Part shown: positions 36,283 to 45,625 of the stretch, piece after piece
Position numbering within the stretch: position 1 is the stretch's first letter
How the letters are laid out: the number at the start of each line of letters is the position of its first letter
DNA from: Pseudomonadales bacterium
GTDB lineage: Bacteria; Patescibacteriota; Microgenomatia; UBA1400; PJMF01
NCBI GenBank assembly: GCA_020632255.1
Contig: JACKFX010000002.1
Location: 82,905-146,904, forward strand
Direction: 5' to 3'
DNA: 64,000 bases
Made by a program: the position numbers and the translations under genes
The notes under the pieces: generated by a model
Seen by the model: only the letters and a program-made list of their open reading frames with translations
Told to the model about the DNA's origin: nothing
Databases searched by the model: none

Positions 36283-38526
36283 ATGTTTCGTAAACTTCTC
36301 ATCCCGTTTGTTATCATTGCTTCTATCTTTGTTAGCTATGTCTCATTATTTCATAACGACTCCGTTGAAAACGTTGCTCTCATTTCACAACTCTTTGGCA
36401 CACATGGCATCTGGATCTTAAACCTGCTGTTAGTAGTGATGGTTATCCCTATTTCACTTTCACTTATGGAAATCATTACCGGTGAGTTTGGCCTAGAACG
36501 CTTCAAACGAATTGCTGCTATCAGTATTGGTATGACTACGCTTAGTTTTGCTGCTTTGCAATTTATCGGAGCAATTGCAACGTCTTCTGCAGAAGGTGCC
36601 ACTGTCGTAGTAGAAGTCTTTCAACAAATTGCCCACTTTGCCACTCATGGTGAACTAGAACAATACGGCCTGGTGGGAATGCTCACGTCAGATGCTTCCG
36701 GTCCTTGGAACTCCAGCATCTTCCCACTGCTCATTATGATTATATGGTTAATCCGTCGAAAAACAGTTGGCATCGAAACAAAGCAACTTCATGTTCCGAT
36801 GATTTTTCAGTGGATTTTGTACGCTCAACAATTTTTCTTCGGTCTTGATTTACAGTACACGCTACTGGAAATTATCTTGATGGGTATTACTGGATCACTG
36901 TTTGTCTGGGGAATGATCAACTTCCTCGTTTCTATGTTTAGAGAAGCAGAGCAAGCAGAAGCCAAAGCAGCAGCAGAAATACCTGAAAAAGAAGAAGCCA
37001 CTAAGAAACAAAACTTCTATAGCCGTATGATTCATGGTATTTCCCACCTAACTTTTGAAGTCCTAACTTTCAATCCCTTTAACAAAAAAGTAGATACTGC
37101 AGATGAAAAAATTCAAAAAAAACGTGGTGGCTACGGAAACATCGGTCGCGGTTACGTTACCTTGAACGGGCTACAATTAACGCTAGCCATGACCGTTGCC
37201 ATGTTTGCCCTTGTCAGTGCAACTCAATTTCTTGCAGTCCAACTACGCATGAGTGATGCCGAAGCTGCGCTCTTTGGTACGGCTGGTCTTACGAGCGCTC
37301 CAGAAGCATTTGTTGCTCTTGCTGTCGGTCCCTATATTAACGCACTCCTCCTCGTAGGGAGCAACATCATTGATGGTTGGATGTCTGCTCTAGGACAAAC
37401 TGTCCTCTTAGGATATGCCGAAATCGCGAGTGGTGGTCATATTACCGCAATACCCTTGCATCCAGCTATTCGCTATCTCACTTTTCTCTCATGGACACAG
37501 GGCATGCTCGTTTGGGCTGCATTAACACTCTATGCTCACACCATTCACACTACTTTAAATAAAAAAATCATTTCCATTACCTCAATAGTTTTGCTGTCAG
37601 TTGCCATCTTGTACTACTTTGGTGGGGCATGGTTTAGTGCTCAAGCCTTGGGATATGGCGCTGAGTATGCTCAAGAGAGCTTTATCGTCAAATCGATTGG
37701 TAGCATTATTAACCTATTAACAATGATAAAAGCACAACAAATCGTATTGGTACTCAACATTATTGGCCTGGGAGCATTGGCTTTCTGGTGGAGTGGAATT
37801 CTGGAAAAACTCTCCTCACTTCTTCAAACAGAAGAGGACCAACGCATCTCTGGAGCAATCACTGAATTACATGGAAAGATTTCAAAGCATTTAGCACGAG
37901 AAAATCAACAAGTTATCATCGTTCTTGATACGAGTTCTGACATGAACGAGAAAACATTTTTTTTCAAAAACAAATGGATAGATCTTGTCTTCCGTCAAGC
38001 TGCTGCCTTTGGCCTAATTCTTGATGATGATGGCCATATTCCGGTCTATACGACCAGTGATGGTGCAGTTAAAAAGATCAAACACTTGCTCACCCAAAAA
38101 AATGCGGATACCTTTATTGAAAAATTCGTTGGCAGAAACACCGCAGGAAAAGTGAGCTACACTCCTGTCATTTCTGAAATATTTGCCGAATACAAAGATA
38201 CCCTCACAACTGAGCATGACCCAGTGCTCGTACTCTTTATCACTGCTGGAGGTGGCACCGATGCTGCAGAAGCAAACAAGCTTTTCACAAAAATGGAGTC
38301 CTATCCCATTTTTGTGCAGTTTATTGAAATTCACGGTGACAAACCACATAAAAATGCTCAAGTAGTCACCGGAATTGCGAATAAACCTGGAAAAATCATC
38401 GATAACTCTGGTATTTCTTCACTACCATTGTTTAGGTTAACCGACGCAAGTCAAATTGTCGAAGAAGTCCTCAACGAATACCCAGGCTACCTTGAAAAGG
38501 CTCAAAAAGCAGGAATTCTCGACTAA
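36283..38526 (+). CDS. Polytopic membrane protein with a C-terminal von Willebrand factor A-like domain
   Basis: 747 aa. About 12 hydrophobic helices in the first 480 aa. C-terminal IIVLDTSSDM (MIDAS-like), VLFITAGGGTD and IFVQFIEIHGD follow the vWA beta-strand pattern. Confidence 0.55.
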   Translation: MFRKLLIPFVIIASIFVSYVSLFHNDSVENVALISQLFGTHGIWILNLLLVVMVIPISLSLMEIITGEFGLERFKRIAAISIGMTTLSFAALQFIGAIATSSAEGATVVVEVFQQIAHFATHGELEQYGLVGMLTSDASGPWNSSIFPLLIMIIWLIRRKTVGIETKQLHVPMIFQWILYAQQFFFGLDLQYTLLEIILMGITGSLFVWGMINFLVSMFREAEQAEAKAAAEIPEKEEATKKQNFYSRMIHGISHLTFEVLTFNPFNKKVDTADEKIQKKRGGYGNIGRGYVTLNGLQLTLAMTVAMFALVSATQFLAVQLRMSDAEAALFGTAGLTSAPEAFVALAVGPYINALLLVGSNIIDGWMSALGQTVLLGYAEIASGGHITAIPLHPAIRYLTFLSWTQGMLVWAALTLYAHTIHTTLNKKIISITSIVLLSVAILYYFGGAWFSAQALGYGAEYAQESFIVKSIGSIINLLTMIKAQQIVLVLNIIGLGALAFWWSGILEKLSSLLQTEEDQRISGAITELHGKISKHLARENQQVIIVLDTSSDMNEKTFFFKNKWIDLVFRQAAAFGLILDDDGHIPVYTTSDGAVKKIKHLLTQKNADTFIEKFVGRNTAGKVSYTPVISEIFAEYKDTLTTEHDPVLVLFITAGGGTDAAEANKLFTKMESYPIFVQFIEIHGDKPHKNAQVVTGIANKPGKIIDNSGISSLPLFRLTDASQIVEEVLNEYPGYLEKAQKAGILD

Positions 38527-38852
38527 CCTTTCATTGCTTGTAGTCAAAAGTGAACTGCGCTGCTCTTTCTTGCAATCGCACTACACAATATCCCAAAGGC
38601 TTAGCCATTAGGAGTTGCCTTTGGTGCAGTTGCTCATGGAATTAATGGCGCTTCTTTACTCACCGCTCACTAAAAAGACCGTAGTCTCCATCGGTGAACC
38701 TAAGCTTATCCCGGAAATACTTGATTTAAACGAGTTACCAGACAAAGAAACGCTCGAAAAAAGTAAAGAAGGTGCAAAAATCATCACAGCTGCACACATG
38801 TATCGTTTGGCCGCACTTTTGCCACCAGAAAATCAAGGCTACTACTCGCTTG

Positions 38853-39527
38853 CTACAAAACCTTCGTAACCGCACTCAAAATTGTTTTCCGATCCACGAT
38901 ATGCATTCCAGTTTTTTGTGCAGTACGAATGACATCTTTTTCTGATGGTTCAAAAACAAATGCTTCGTCAGCTTCTTTCAGCATGGCTATATCACCAGAA
39001 CTATCACCAAAAACCAGCAGCTTACTGTCATTTGATTTGAACTTCTCAACCTCGGTGACTTTATCTGCTTGGTTTACTAAACGATCTATTGTGCCAGTAT
39101 ACACACCGCCATCGACTTCCAGAGTTGATCCTACTGCAGTCACACCCAAGACCTGTGCACATGCCTGGACTATTGGATCTAAAGACGCAGAAACAACTAC
39201 AATAGTGTAGTTGTGTTTTTTGAGCAACGATATAAGTTGCGGTACATACTCAAAAAAGTGTTGTTTTGAAAAAAAGTTATTCTGCCATTGCTCAACTTCA
39301 CTCACTCGTTTGCCTTTCAATACTTCTGCAGATAGTTTCATGGTCATCTCAGATGCTCTATTGTGAGGAATTACCTTACTGCTATATCCAAGAACTAAAA
39401 GAATTGCCTTCACCAGTAGGATTCCAGATATTTTTCGATTTGGTATTAAGTAACCAAACAAAAAGGTAGACATCGATACCCCGTCAAAAAGTGTTTTGTC
39501 TAGATCAAATACGGCAACTTTTTTCAT
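38853..39527 (-). CDS. HAD-superfamily hydrolase (subfamily IB, phosphoserine phosphatase-like)
   Basis: 224 aa. Motif I FDLDKTL, a Ser/Thr motif, a conserved Lys, and motif IV FGDSSGDIAML. Confidence 0.7.
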   Translation of the reverse strand: MKKVAVFDLDKTLFDGVSMSTFLFGYLIPNRKISGILLVKAILLVLGYSSKVIPHNRASEMTMKLSAEVLKGKRVSEVEQWQNNFFSKQHFFEYVPQLISLLKKHNYTIVVVSASLDPIVQACAQVLGVTAVGSTLEVDGGVYTGTIDRLVNQADKVTEVEKFKSNDSKLLVFGDSSGDIAMLKEADEAFVFEPSEKDVIRTAQKTGMHIVDRKTILSAVTKVL

Positions 39528-39537
39528 ACAATTCTAT

Positions 39538-41253
39538 CTAAGACTGCAAATCCCACAATTTTTTATACCTACCTTTTTTTTGTAGCAGTCGTGTATGAGG
39601 ACCTTGTTCAACAATTTTTCCATCATCAATCACGACTATTCTATCAGCCTTTTTTACGGTCGAAAGCCGATGTGCAATGATCAATGTCGTGATATTTTTT
39701 GAGACCTTCCAAAATGCTTTCTGGATTAGTTTTTCTGATTCTGAATCTAACTGACTGGTTGCCTCATCAAAAATAATTATTTCTGGTTTCGATAAAATCA
39801 TTCGAGCAATTGCCAAACGCTGCTTCTGACCACCAGAAAGTTTCACACCTCGTTCTCCAACTTGAGTTTCATATCCATCAGGTAGCGTCAAAATAAAGTC
39901 ATGTAATTGAGCCAATGTTGCTGCCTCTTCAATTTGTGCTTGAGAAACTTGGTCCAGACCATACCCAATATTAAAACCAATGCTTGCATTAAACAGAATA
40001 GGTTCTTGTGGAACTACTCCAATGTGTGAGCGTAAGTGCGTTTTTTCCATGTCTTTTATATCCACACCATCTATCGAAATAGTACCCGAGTCTGGATCGA
40101 ATAAACGCAACAACAACTTTGTGAGTGTCGTTTTACCAGCTCCAGATGGACCCACAAATGCAATTGACTCACCAGCAGAAATATTCAAACTCATATCGTG
40201 AACAGCATGTTCCTTACCATCTGGATACGAAAAATGCACTGAATCAAATGAAATATCTCCCGATACTTTCTCCATGGTGATGGGGTGTTTTGGGTCAAGA
40301 ACAGTCTCACTTTCATCTAGCACTGAAAAGAATTTTTCTAGGTCGGTACTCTGCTTGAAAACATCTCGAAATTGATATAATAATCGAAAAAGCTTGTCAT
40401 AAAATGCCGTCACAAAGCCCAATATCATCACCAATTCACCCGTTGAGATGGCAGAAGTCATAAAGAGTTGAATCGAGTATAACAGTACAGACACTAAGCC
40501 AATTGTGCCAATGATGCCAGCAAAAAAATTAAGGTAGTAAAACGAATAGGCATATCCCCAAATTTTTTCGGTCCAAGGTACAAATTCTTTTTTTAGACGC
40601 AAAAACTCACGAGCTTCTTTAGCAAAATACTTCACTGTTTCATAATTAAGAAAGTTGTCGACCACTATTCCAGAAACTGCATCTTCTACTTTATTAAAAG
40701 CCCGACGAGTTTGAATGTTAAACCTAATCAAGTAATAGCCCAGCGCGACTTCTACCATAAGAGTCAGTGCTAAAATACCCACCAGCGTCATGTCAACAAA
40801 TGAAAACGAGATAAAGAGCACGGCAAAACTAATAACTGCCAGTGGAATTTCATAGTTCAACGCAAAAAAGAATCCAAAGAAAGCACCCTCTCCTCGTTTC
40901 ATTGCACTAATCAAGGACCCAGTGGTCTTATTTATCTGATAGGAAAAATCGAGTGTTTGGATTTTTCTAAAAACCGCCAGATATGCTGAGCGGTTAGCTG
41001 CAATCAGCACAACGTCATGAACATAGTGCCTCACAAGACCTGCAAGTAAAATAAAGAAACGGAGTGCTATATACCAGCTAAGTACCGTAAAAATATTAGC
41101 TTTTGAACCACTCATGATAGCATCAACAAAAGCTTTGTAAAAAAGCGGCAATATACTCTCAGCTACTCCTGTAACCAATAATATGACTACCATCGCAGCA
41201 AAATATCCTGGAGTTTCCAAACAAAATTGATAAAAGCGTTTAAATGATTTCAT
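39538..41253 (-). CDS. ABC exporter, fused permease/ATPase (MsbA-like)
   Basis: 571 aa. 6-TM N-domain. Walker A GPSGAGKTT. ABC signature LSGGQKQRLAIARM. Walker B IIIFDEATS. Confidence 0.85.
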   Translation of the reverse strand: MKSFKRFYQFCLETPGYFAAMVVILLVTGVAESILPLFYKAFVDAIMSGSKANIFTVLSWYIALRFFILLAGLVRHYVHDVVLIAANRSAYLAVFRKIQTLDFSYQINKTTGSLISAMKRGEGAFFGFFFALNYEIPLAVISFAVLFISFSFVDMTLVGILALTLMVEVALGYYLIRFNIQTRRAFNKVEDAVSGIVVDNFLNYETVKYFAKEAREFLRLKKEFVPWTEKIWGYAYSFYYLNFFAGIIGTIGLVSVLLYSIQLFMTSAISTGELVMILGFVTAFYDKLFRLLYQFRDVFKQSTDLEKFFSVLDESETVLDPKHPITMEKVSGDISFDSVHFSYPDGKEHAVHDMSLNISAGESIAFVGPSGAGKTTLTKLLLRLFDPDSGTISIDGVDIKDMEKTHLRSHIGVVPQEPILFNASIGFNIGYGLDQVSQAQIEEAATLAQLHDFILTLPDGYETQVGERGVKLSGGQKQRLAIARMILSKPEIIIFDEATSQLDSESEKLIQKAFWKVSKNITTLIIAHRLSTVKKADRIVVIDDGKIVEQGPHTRLLQKKGRYKKLWDLQS

Positions 41254-41720
41254 CGTGAGACTTGAAGTGACGAAGTTTCGGCACCACAGGCAGTAATGGT
41301 TACTACACCGTGCTCTGTAACTGCAATACTATATCCTGATTTACCCGGATCGTTTTTGAGTAACGGATCAGTTGGAACTAGATCAAGATAGGGGGCAATT
41401 GAATCAGAAATATCTACACATACCTCAGATGCACCTTCGCAAAAGGTCGACCCATTTGATGTACAGGTTCCAATTTGCTGAACAGTACCAACGACAACAC
41501 CTTTAGGAAGTTCACCATCAGTATCTACAACATAGGAATGTACAGCTGTTAAAAGTGCATTCATATCAACAATTCTTTGGGCATCGCGAGCATCTGCCTG
41601 GCGGTCTTTCGGATTAAGTGCGGTGAGCACTATCATTGCCACAACGGCAATGATAAAAAAAACAACCAACAGCTCAACTGTTGATAGCTCAGTGTGTTCG
41701 TGAGTTACAATACGGGCCAT
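41250..41720 (-). CDS. Type IV pilin-like protein (prepilin-type N-terminal helix); its stop overlaps the ABC-exporter start as ATGA
   Basis: 156 aa. HTELSTVELLVVFFIIAVVAMIVL resembles the pilin N-terminal helix, with Glu at the expected position. Two Cys pairs lie in the C-terminal half. There is no canonical G/F cleavage site. Confidence 0.45.
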   Translation of the reverse strand: MARIVTHEHTELSTVELLVVFFIIAVVAMIVLTALNPKDRQADARDAQRIVDMNALLTAVHSYVVDTDGELPKGVVVGTVQQIGTCTSNGSTFCEGASEVCVDISDSIAPYLDLVPTDPLLKNDPGKSGYSIAVTEHGVVTITACGAETSSLQVSR

Positions 41721-41766
41721 GAAAACTGTCTCTTTTCAGTACTTTTAGTTAACCATATTTACTAGC

Positions 41767-42363
41767 GTGGGTAAAGGATCAGAACAACTCAATTACAGAG
41801 GAAATACTCACCAAATACACCTACGCTGTGGTATGATTCAAACTGTCATGAAGCTAGATTCTTATCACCCTACCGTAGCCACTATTCTGTCTCTCATCTC
41901 CCAACACACCATGTGGCACGAAATATTTGAACATAAACCTGTACGCACCAGTGAAGAAGCTGCTGCAGTTCGAACAGGATACTCGTTGGAGCAAGGGGCC
42001 AAAGCCCTCATCATTAGAGTCAAAAAAAATGCGACTCAAAAATTCTTTGTGATGGTAGTACTAGCTGGTGATAAAAAATTTGATTCAAAAAAAGTCACCA
42101 AACTCCTGAATGCAAAAAGCATTCGCTTTGCGACAGTCGATGAAGTTACCCAAATTACCAACGGTGTTCAAGTTGGTGGAGTTCCACCTTTTGGAAAGTT
42201 GTTCTCCATCCCAACGTACCTCGACGTATCCATTTCTGCGCAAGACAAAATAATTTTCAACGCCGGAGATCGATCTTTATCGGTTGCTCTTTCCACAAAA
42301 GATTACTTGCAACTTAATCCTCCTGAGAAAATTATTGACGTTACTGACGATACGACAAAGTAA
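41767..42363 (+). CDS. YbaK/ProX-type aminoacyl-tRNA deacylase domain protein. The start may be 41833 or 41848.
   Basis: GVQVGGVPPFG and adjacent conserved residues typical of YbaK-like editing domains. The 198-aa track ORF probably over-extends the N-terminus. Confidence 0.55.
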   Translation: MGKGSEQLNYRGNTHQIHLRCGMIQTVMKLDSYHPTVATILSLISQHTMWHEIFEHKPVRTSEEAAAVRTGYSLEQGAKALIIRVKKNATQKFFVMVVLAGDKKFDSKKVTKLLNAKSIRFATVDEVTQITNGVQVGGVPPFGKLFSIPTYLDVSISAQDKIIFNAGDRSLSVALSTKDYLQLNPPEKIIDVTDDTTK

Positions 42364-42820
42364 CCACGAGCTCGGTCGTGCTCCAAGGAAACTGGTGAGC
42401 ATTCAACACTACTTGAGCTTGTTGATCAGATCCGAGTTGCTCACTTCTCCCTCTTTCAACCTCATTCACCTGAGTTACTGTATATCTGTAGATACCATTA
42501 TTAGTGCCGTAAAGAACTACTTCATCCCCGAGATATAGCTCATTCAATACTCCAAAAAGGTGGCTTGATGCAACCAGACGGACAGTATTTTCATCACCAA
42601 GCCCTACCTCATTTGTTTGTGTAATAGCTTCGTCCGCACCAATTGCCTGAGTTATTTCAAGTCGTTCAAAAATTATCTGCTCTGGCTTAACGGCGTAACG
42701 AGCACTCCTTTCGGGAGATGCCTGAACCACAGTTTGAGATGGTACTATGGAAAGCACTAAACCTATGCCAAGTCCCAATCCCATGCTCGCGCTGACCATT
42801 ACTCTTTTAAGTGTATTCAT
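42341..42820 (-). CDS. Secreted protein; hypothetical
   Basis: 159 aa. Signal peptide MNTLKRVMVSASMGLGLGIGLVLSIV. Confidence 0.4.
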   Translation of the reverse strand: MNTLKRVMVSASMGLGLGIGLVLSIVPSQTVVQASPERSARYAVKPEQIIFERLEITQAIGADEAITQTNEVGLGDENTVRLVASSHLFGVLNELYLGDEVVLYGTNNGIYRYTVTQVNEVERGRSEQLGSDQQAQVVLNAHQFPWSTTELVVTLSYRQ

Positions 42821-42900
42821 TGTGTATATAGTATATCAAAGTGGTTCATTTTTATCCAATTAACCCTACTCTGATGCTGTTATTAGCGTATACTGAACCC

Positions 42901-43971
42901 ATGATTCGCACTGTAGTTGTGGCACTACTAATGTTTGGCGTCGGGCTCGGCATCGGGCTTGGAACCGATGATATACTTGATCGCCTTGGTAACGAAGAAT
43001 CTGACTTACTTATTCCTGCAATTATTGCTCCCTTTCAAAAAGAACAAGAACCGCCGCTCATGGTGTATACCATACCTCGTCTTTCTCTTTTTCCACGCGC
43101 TAGCGAAAAAATCATCATCACTGAAGAACTAGAAAGCACTGCCAACTCAATAAGCTACGCCTTTGTGTGGCAAACACTGGGCAAAAAAATGACAGGTAAC
43201 ATTATTTTGCCACGTCCTTTTGATGCAACCTCACCAAAAGCCATCATACTGCTACGTGGCTATGTTCCAGAAGAACAGTATGAAACCGGTACTGGTACCA
43301 AAAATGCAGCTACTCAGTTTGCTGAAGCAGGGTATGTGACTATTGCTCCCGACTTCTTTGGATATGGTGACAGTGATCCCGAGCCCACTGACACTTGGCA
43401 AGCTCGCTTTGAAAAACCTCTCATAGTCATGGAACTCATTGACTCACTCAAAACACAGGGCATAGTTGCAGAAGGTGAAGATCCAATCAAAATTTCAACG
43501 GTAGGTATGTGGGCTCATAGTAATGGTGGGCAAATTGCCCTCACCACACTTGAAGCATTTCAACTAGATATCCCAACAACACTCTGGGCTCCAGTTTCTG
43601 CCCCTTTCCCCTACTCAATTCAGTTTTTCTCAGATGAACTTGATGACGAAGGAAAAGCACAAAGAAAATGGATTTCTCTCTTCGAAGAAGAGTATGATGT
43701 CTTTGATTTTTCTGTCACCAAACACCTGGATTTGCTTAACGCACCATTACAACTACACCACGGAGAAATTGATGATGCCGCTCCAATTGCTTGGAGTGAT
43801 GAGTTTGTAGAAAAGCTCGAAGCTGCTCACGCTGCCACCGATGAGGCTGAAATCGTTGAAGATTATCCAATTACCTACTATCGCTACCCAAACACCGATC
43901 ACAACATGCAACCATCCTGGAATACTGCGATCACTCGCGACATTCAATTCTTTTCTGAATACTTACAATAA
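42901..43971 (+). CDS. Alpha/beta hydrolase (S9/dienelactone-hydrolase-like), membrane-anchored. The track start is 42841.
   Basis: N-terminal TM MIRTVVVALLMFGVGLGIGLG. Nucleophile elbow GMWAHSNGG. A later Asp/His region (DD...H) is consistent with a catalytic triad. Confidence 0.6.
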   Translation: MIRTVVVALLMFGVGLGIGLGTDDILDRLGNEESDLLIPAIIAPFQKEQEPPLMVYTIPRLSLFPRASEKIIITEELESTANSISYAFVWQTLGKKMTGNIILPRPFDATSPKAIILLRGYVPEEQYETGTGTKNAATQFAEAGYVTIAPDFFGYGDSDPEPTDTWQARFEKPLIVMELIDSLKTQGIVAEGEDPIKISTVGMWAHSNGGQIALTTLEAFQLDIPTTLWAPVSAPFPYSIQFFSDELDDEGKAQRKWISLFEEEYDVFDFSVTKHLDLLNAPLQLHHGEIDDAAPIAWSDEFVEKLEAAHAATDEAEIVEDYPITYYRYPNTDHNMQPSWNTAITRDIQFFSEYLQ

Positions 43972-43972
43972 G

Positions 43973-45073
43973 TTATTCAGTCTCACTTTCAAGTAAACTT
44001 CCTGAGGAATACGACCGAACGGAATCCATCCGCTTTTGCATTTGTCGAACACGTGTGCCACTCAACTCGTCATAACTAGTCTGCAACGTTTTTATTGCCC
44101 GGCCATACTTATCAAGTGCGCCCATAAACTTATCCCACTCCATACTAAACTGATCAACATGTTGAATAACTTCTTTAAGCCGATCGCCAATCATGAAATT
44201 TCGATAACTTTCCATCACCGTTCGAGCCACAATCAAAAAAGTAAAAGGAGAAACTAACAAAACGCGCTTTTGCAGTGCGTAATCTACTAAATGAGAAACC
44301 TTCTGGTTAATAAAGGAAAAAATCATTTCATTGGGCACAAACATAATCGCGTAATCCAAGGTGTTAAACTCAGGATGAATGTATTCTGCAACCTTATCAA
44401 TTTTCTTTTTGAGATCCTGTTCAAACTGTTTTAGGTGAGAGTCCTGGGCAACCTTTGATTGTGCGTCAGCCATCTTCTGCATTTCACTGTACGGAAATTT
44501 AACATCTACCGCCACCACCCGCTTATTAGGAAGCAACAAGGTAATATCAGGCTTCAGGGTTGATTCACCAAGTACTTTTTGACGTTCGTAATGGATGCCT
44601 TCCTGGAGTCCATGTGATGTTAGCAAATCTTCAATAATGCGCTCTCCCCAAGCACCCCGAGCCTGGTTGTTTGAAAGAACTTTTGAGAGCTGTTCGGTCG
44701 AAACTTTCAGATCATTTGTCACCTCACGCTGAGTTTCGAGTTGCTTTTTAATTTCCGAAAACTTCTCAACTCGATCTTGTTCAATTTTACGAATTTCTTC
44801 TTGACGAGTAACTATGTCACGCTGTAGATCTTTAACCAGTTTTTCGATCATTTGGTGCTTATTAGCTAAATCAGTTTTGATGGCCTCTTTCTCGCCTTCT
44901 AAAATATGCTTACTTTGCTCGGCAACTTTCTGGGCAGACATACCAAAAACACGATCGACCACATCTTCAATATCCGACTGTTTGCGTGCCTCATACAGGC
45001 GTTTTTGCATTACAATGAGAACAGTAAACCCTGCAATAATAAGAAGTGCGATCAAGATAAATTCAAATGTCAT
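43973..45073 (-). CDS. rmuC: DNA recombination protein RmuC. The start was trimmed to MTFEF; the track ORF extends to 45355.
   Basis: N-terminal TM, long coiled coil, C-terminal PD-(D/E)xK-like region (KPDITLLLPNKRVVAVDVKFPYSEM). Architecture typical of RmuC. Confidence 0.7.
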   Translation of the reverse strand: MTFEFILIALLIIAGFTVLIVMQKRLYEARKQSDIEDVVDRVFGMSAQKVAEQSKHILEGEKEAIKTDLANKHQMIEKLVKDLQRDIVTRQEEIRKIEQDRVEKFSEIKKQLETQREVTNDLKVSTEQLSKVLSNNQARGAWGERIIEDLLTSHGLQEGIHYERQKVLGESTLKPDITLLLPNKRVVAVDVKFPYSEMQKMADAQSKVAQDSHLKQFEQDLKKKIDKVAEYIHPEFNTLDYAIMFVPNEMIFSFINQKVSHLVDYALQKRVLLVSPFTFLIVARTVMESYRNFMIGDRLKEVIQHVDQFSMEWDKFMGALDKYGRAIKTLQTSYDELSGTRVRQMQKRMDSVRSYSSGSLLESETE

Positions 45074-45113
45074 AGTGGGTACAGTATACTCAGTCAGAGA
45101 AAAGAATAAAAGA

Positions 45114-45599
45114 ATGGATACCGAACAAAGCACGTCACCACAAAAAGCTCGGTCACGACTGAAGAACAACCGAGACAACATGCCTGTTGTCCACTCTCTC
45201 CATAAGCGAACAAAGAATGCAGTCACTGTAGAGCACCCACTTCTCAAGAAATATCTAAAGTTTTCTCCCCTGCTAATTGTAGCAATTCTACATCTTGGGC
45301 TTCTTTCATATGTTGTTAGAACTGTTGCACCTGAGACATGGCAACACTTTCTCATTCCAAATTCCTACCTGCCAATGCTCCTACTGCTGATAGCAACTGT
45401 TTTTTGGTTTTCTAGCTATCTTTTTCTAAACACTGCCCGTGGCATACGTTTCTCACTTTTTGCTGGCATATTTTTTTTCCTCAAAGTACAGAGTGTCATT
45501 CTTAGCAGCAGCTTTGTAGTAGTAGTGATAGGTTTATTTGTTTTGAGCGAAATATGCATTTATTTTTTAACTATGATTGGGCACTCGAAAAAACAGTAA
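45114..45599 (+). CDS. Small polytopic membrane protein; hypothetical
   Basis: 161 aa from MDTEQSTS with about 4 hydrophobic helices. Fills the gap between rmuC and metG. The upstream 300 nt of the track ORF is antisense to rmuC and was discarded. Confidence 0.35.
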   Translation: MDTEQSTSPQKARSRLKNNRDNMPVVHSLHKRTKNAVTVEHPLLKKYLKFSPLLIVAILHLGLLSYVVRTVAPETWQHFLIPNSYLPMLLLLIATVFWFSSYLFLNTARGIRFSLFAGIFFFLKVQSVILSSSFVVVVIGLFVLSEICIYFLTMIGHSKKQ

Positions 45600-45625
45600 T
45601 CTTGCAGTATAATACCAGGCGTACT

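Noticed and set aside
38615-38869. 84-aa ORF with an AGGAG immediately adjacent to a TTG codon
   Set aside because: The SD abuts the putative TTG start with zero spacing, and the first in-frame ATG is 21 nt from the SD. The ORF converges head-on into the HAD gene stop. Conservation would be needed to believe it.
44814-45113. First 100 codons of the 261-aa + strand ORF
   Set aside because: Antisense to the well-supported rmuC coding sequence. Only the portion from ATG 45114 that lies in the rmuC-metG gap was kept, at low confidence.
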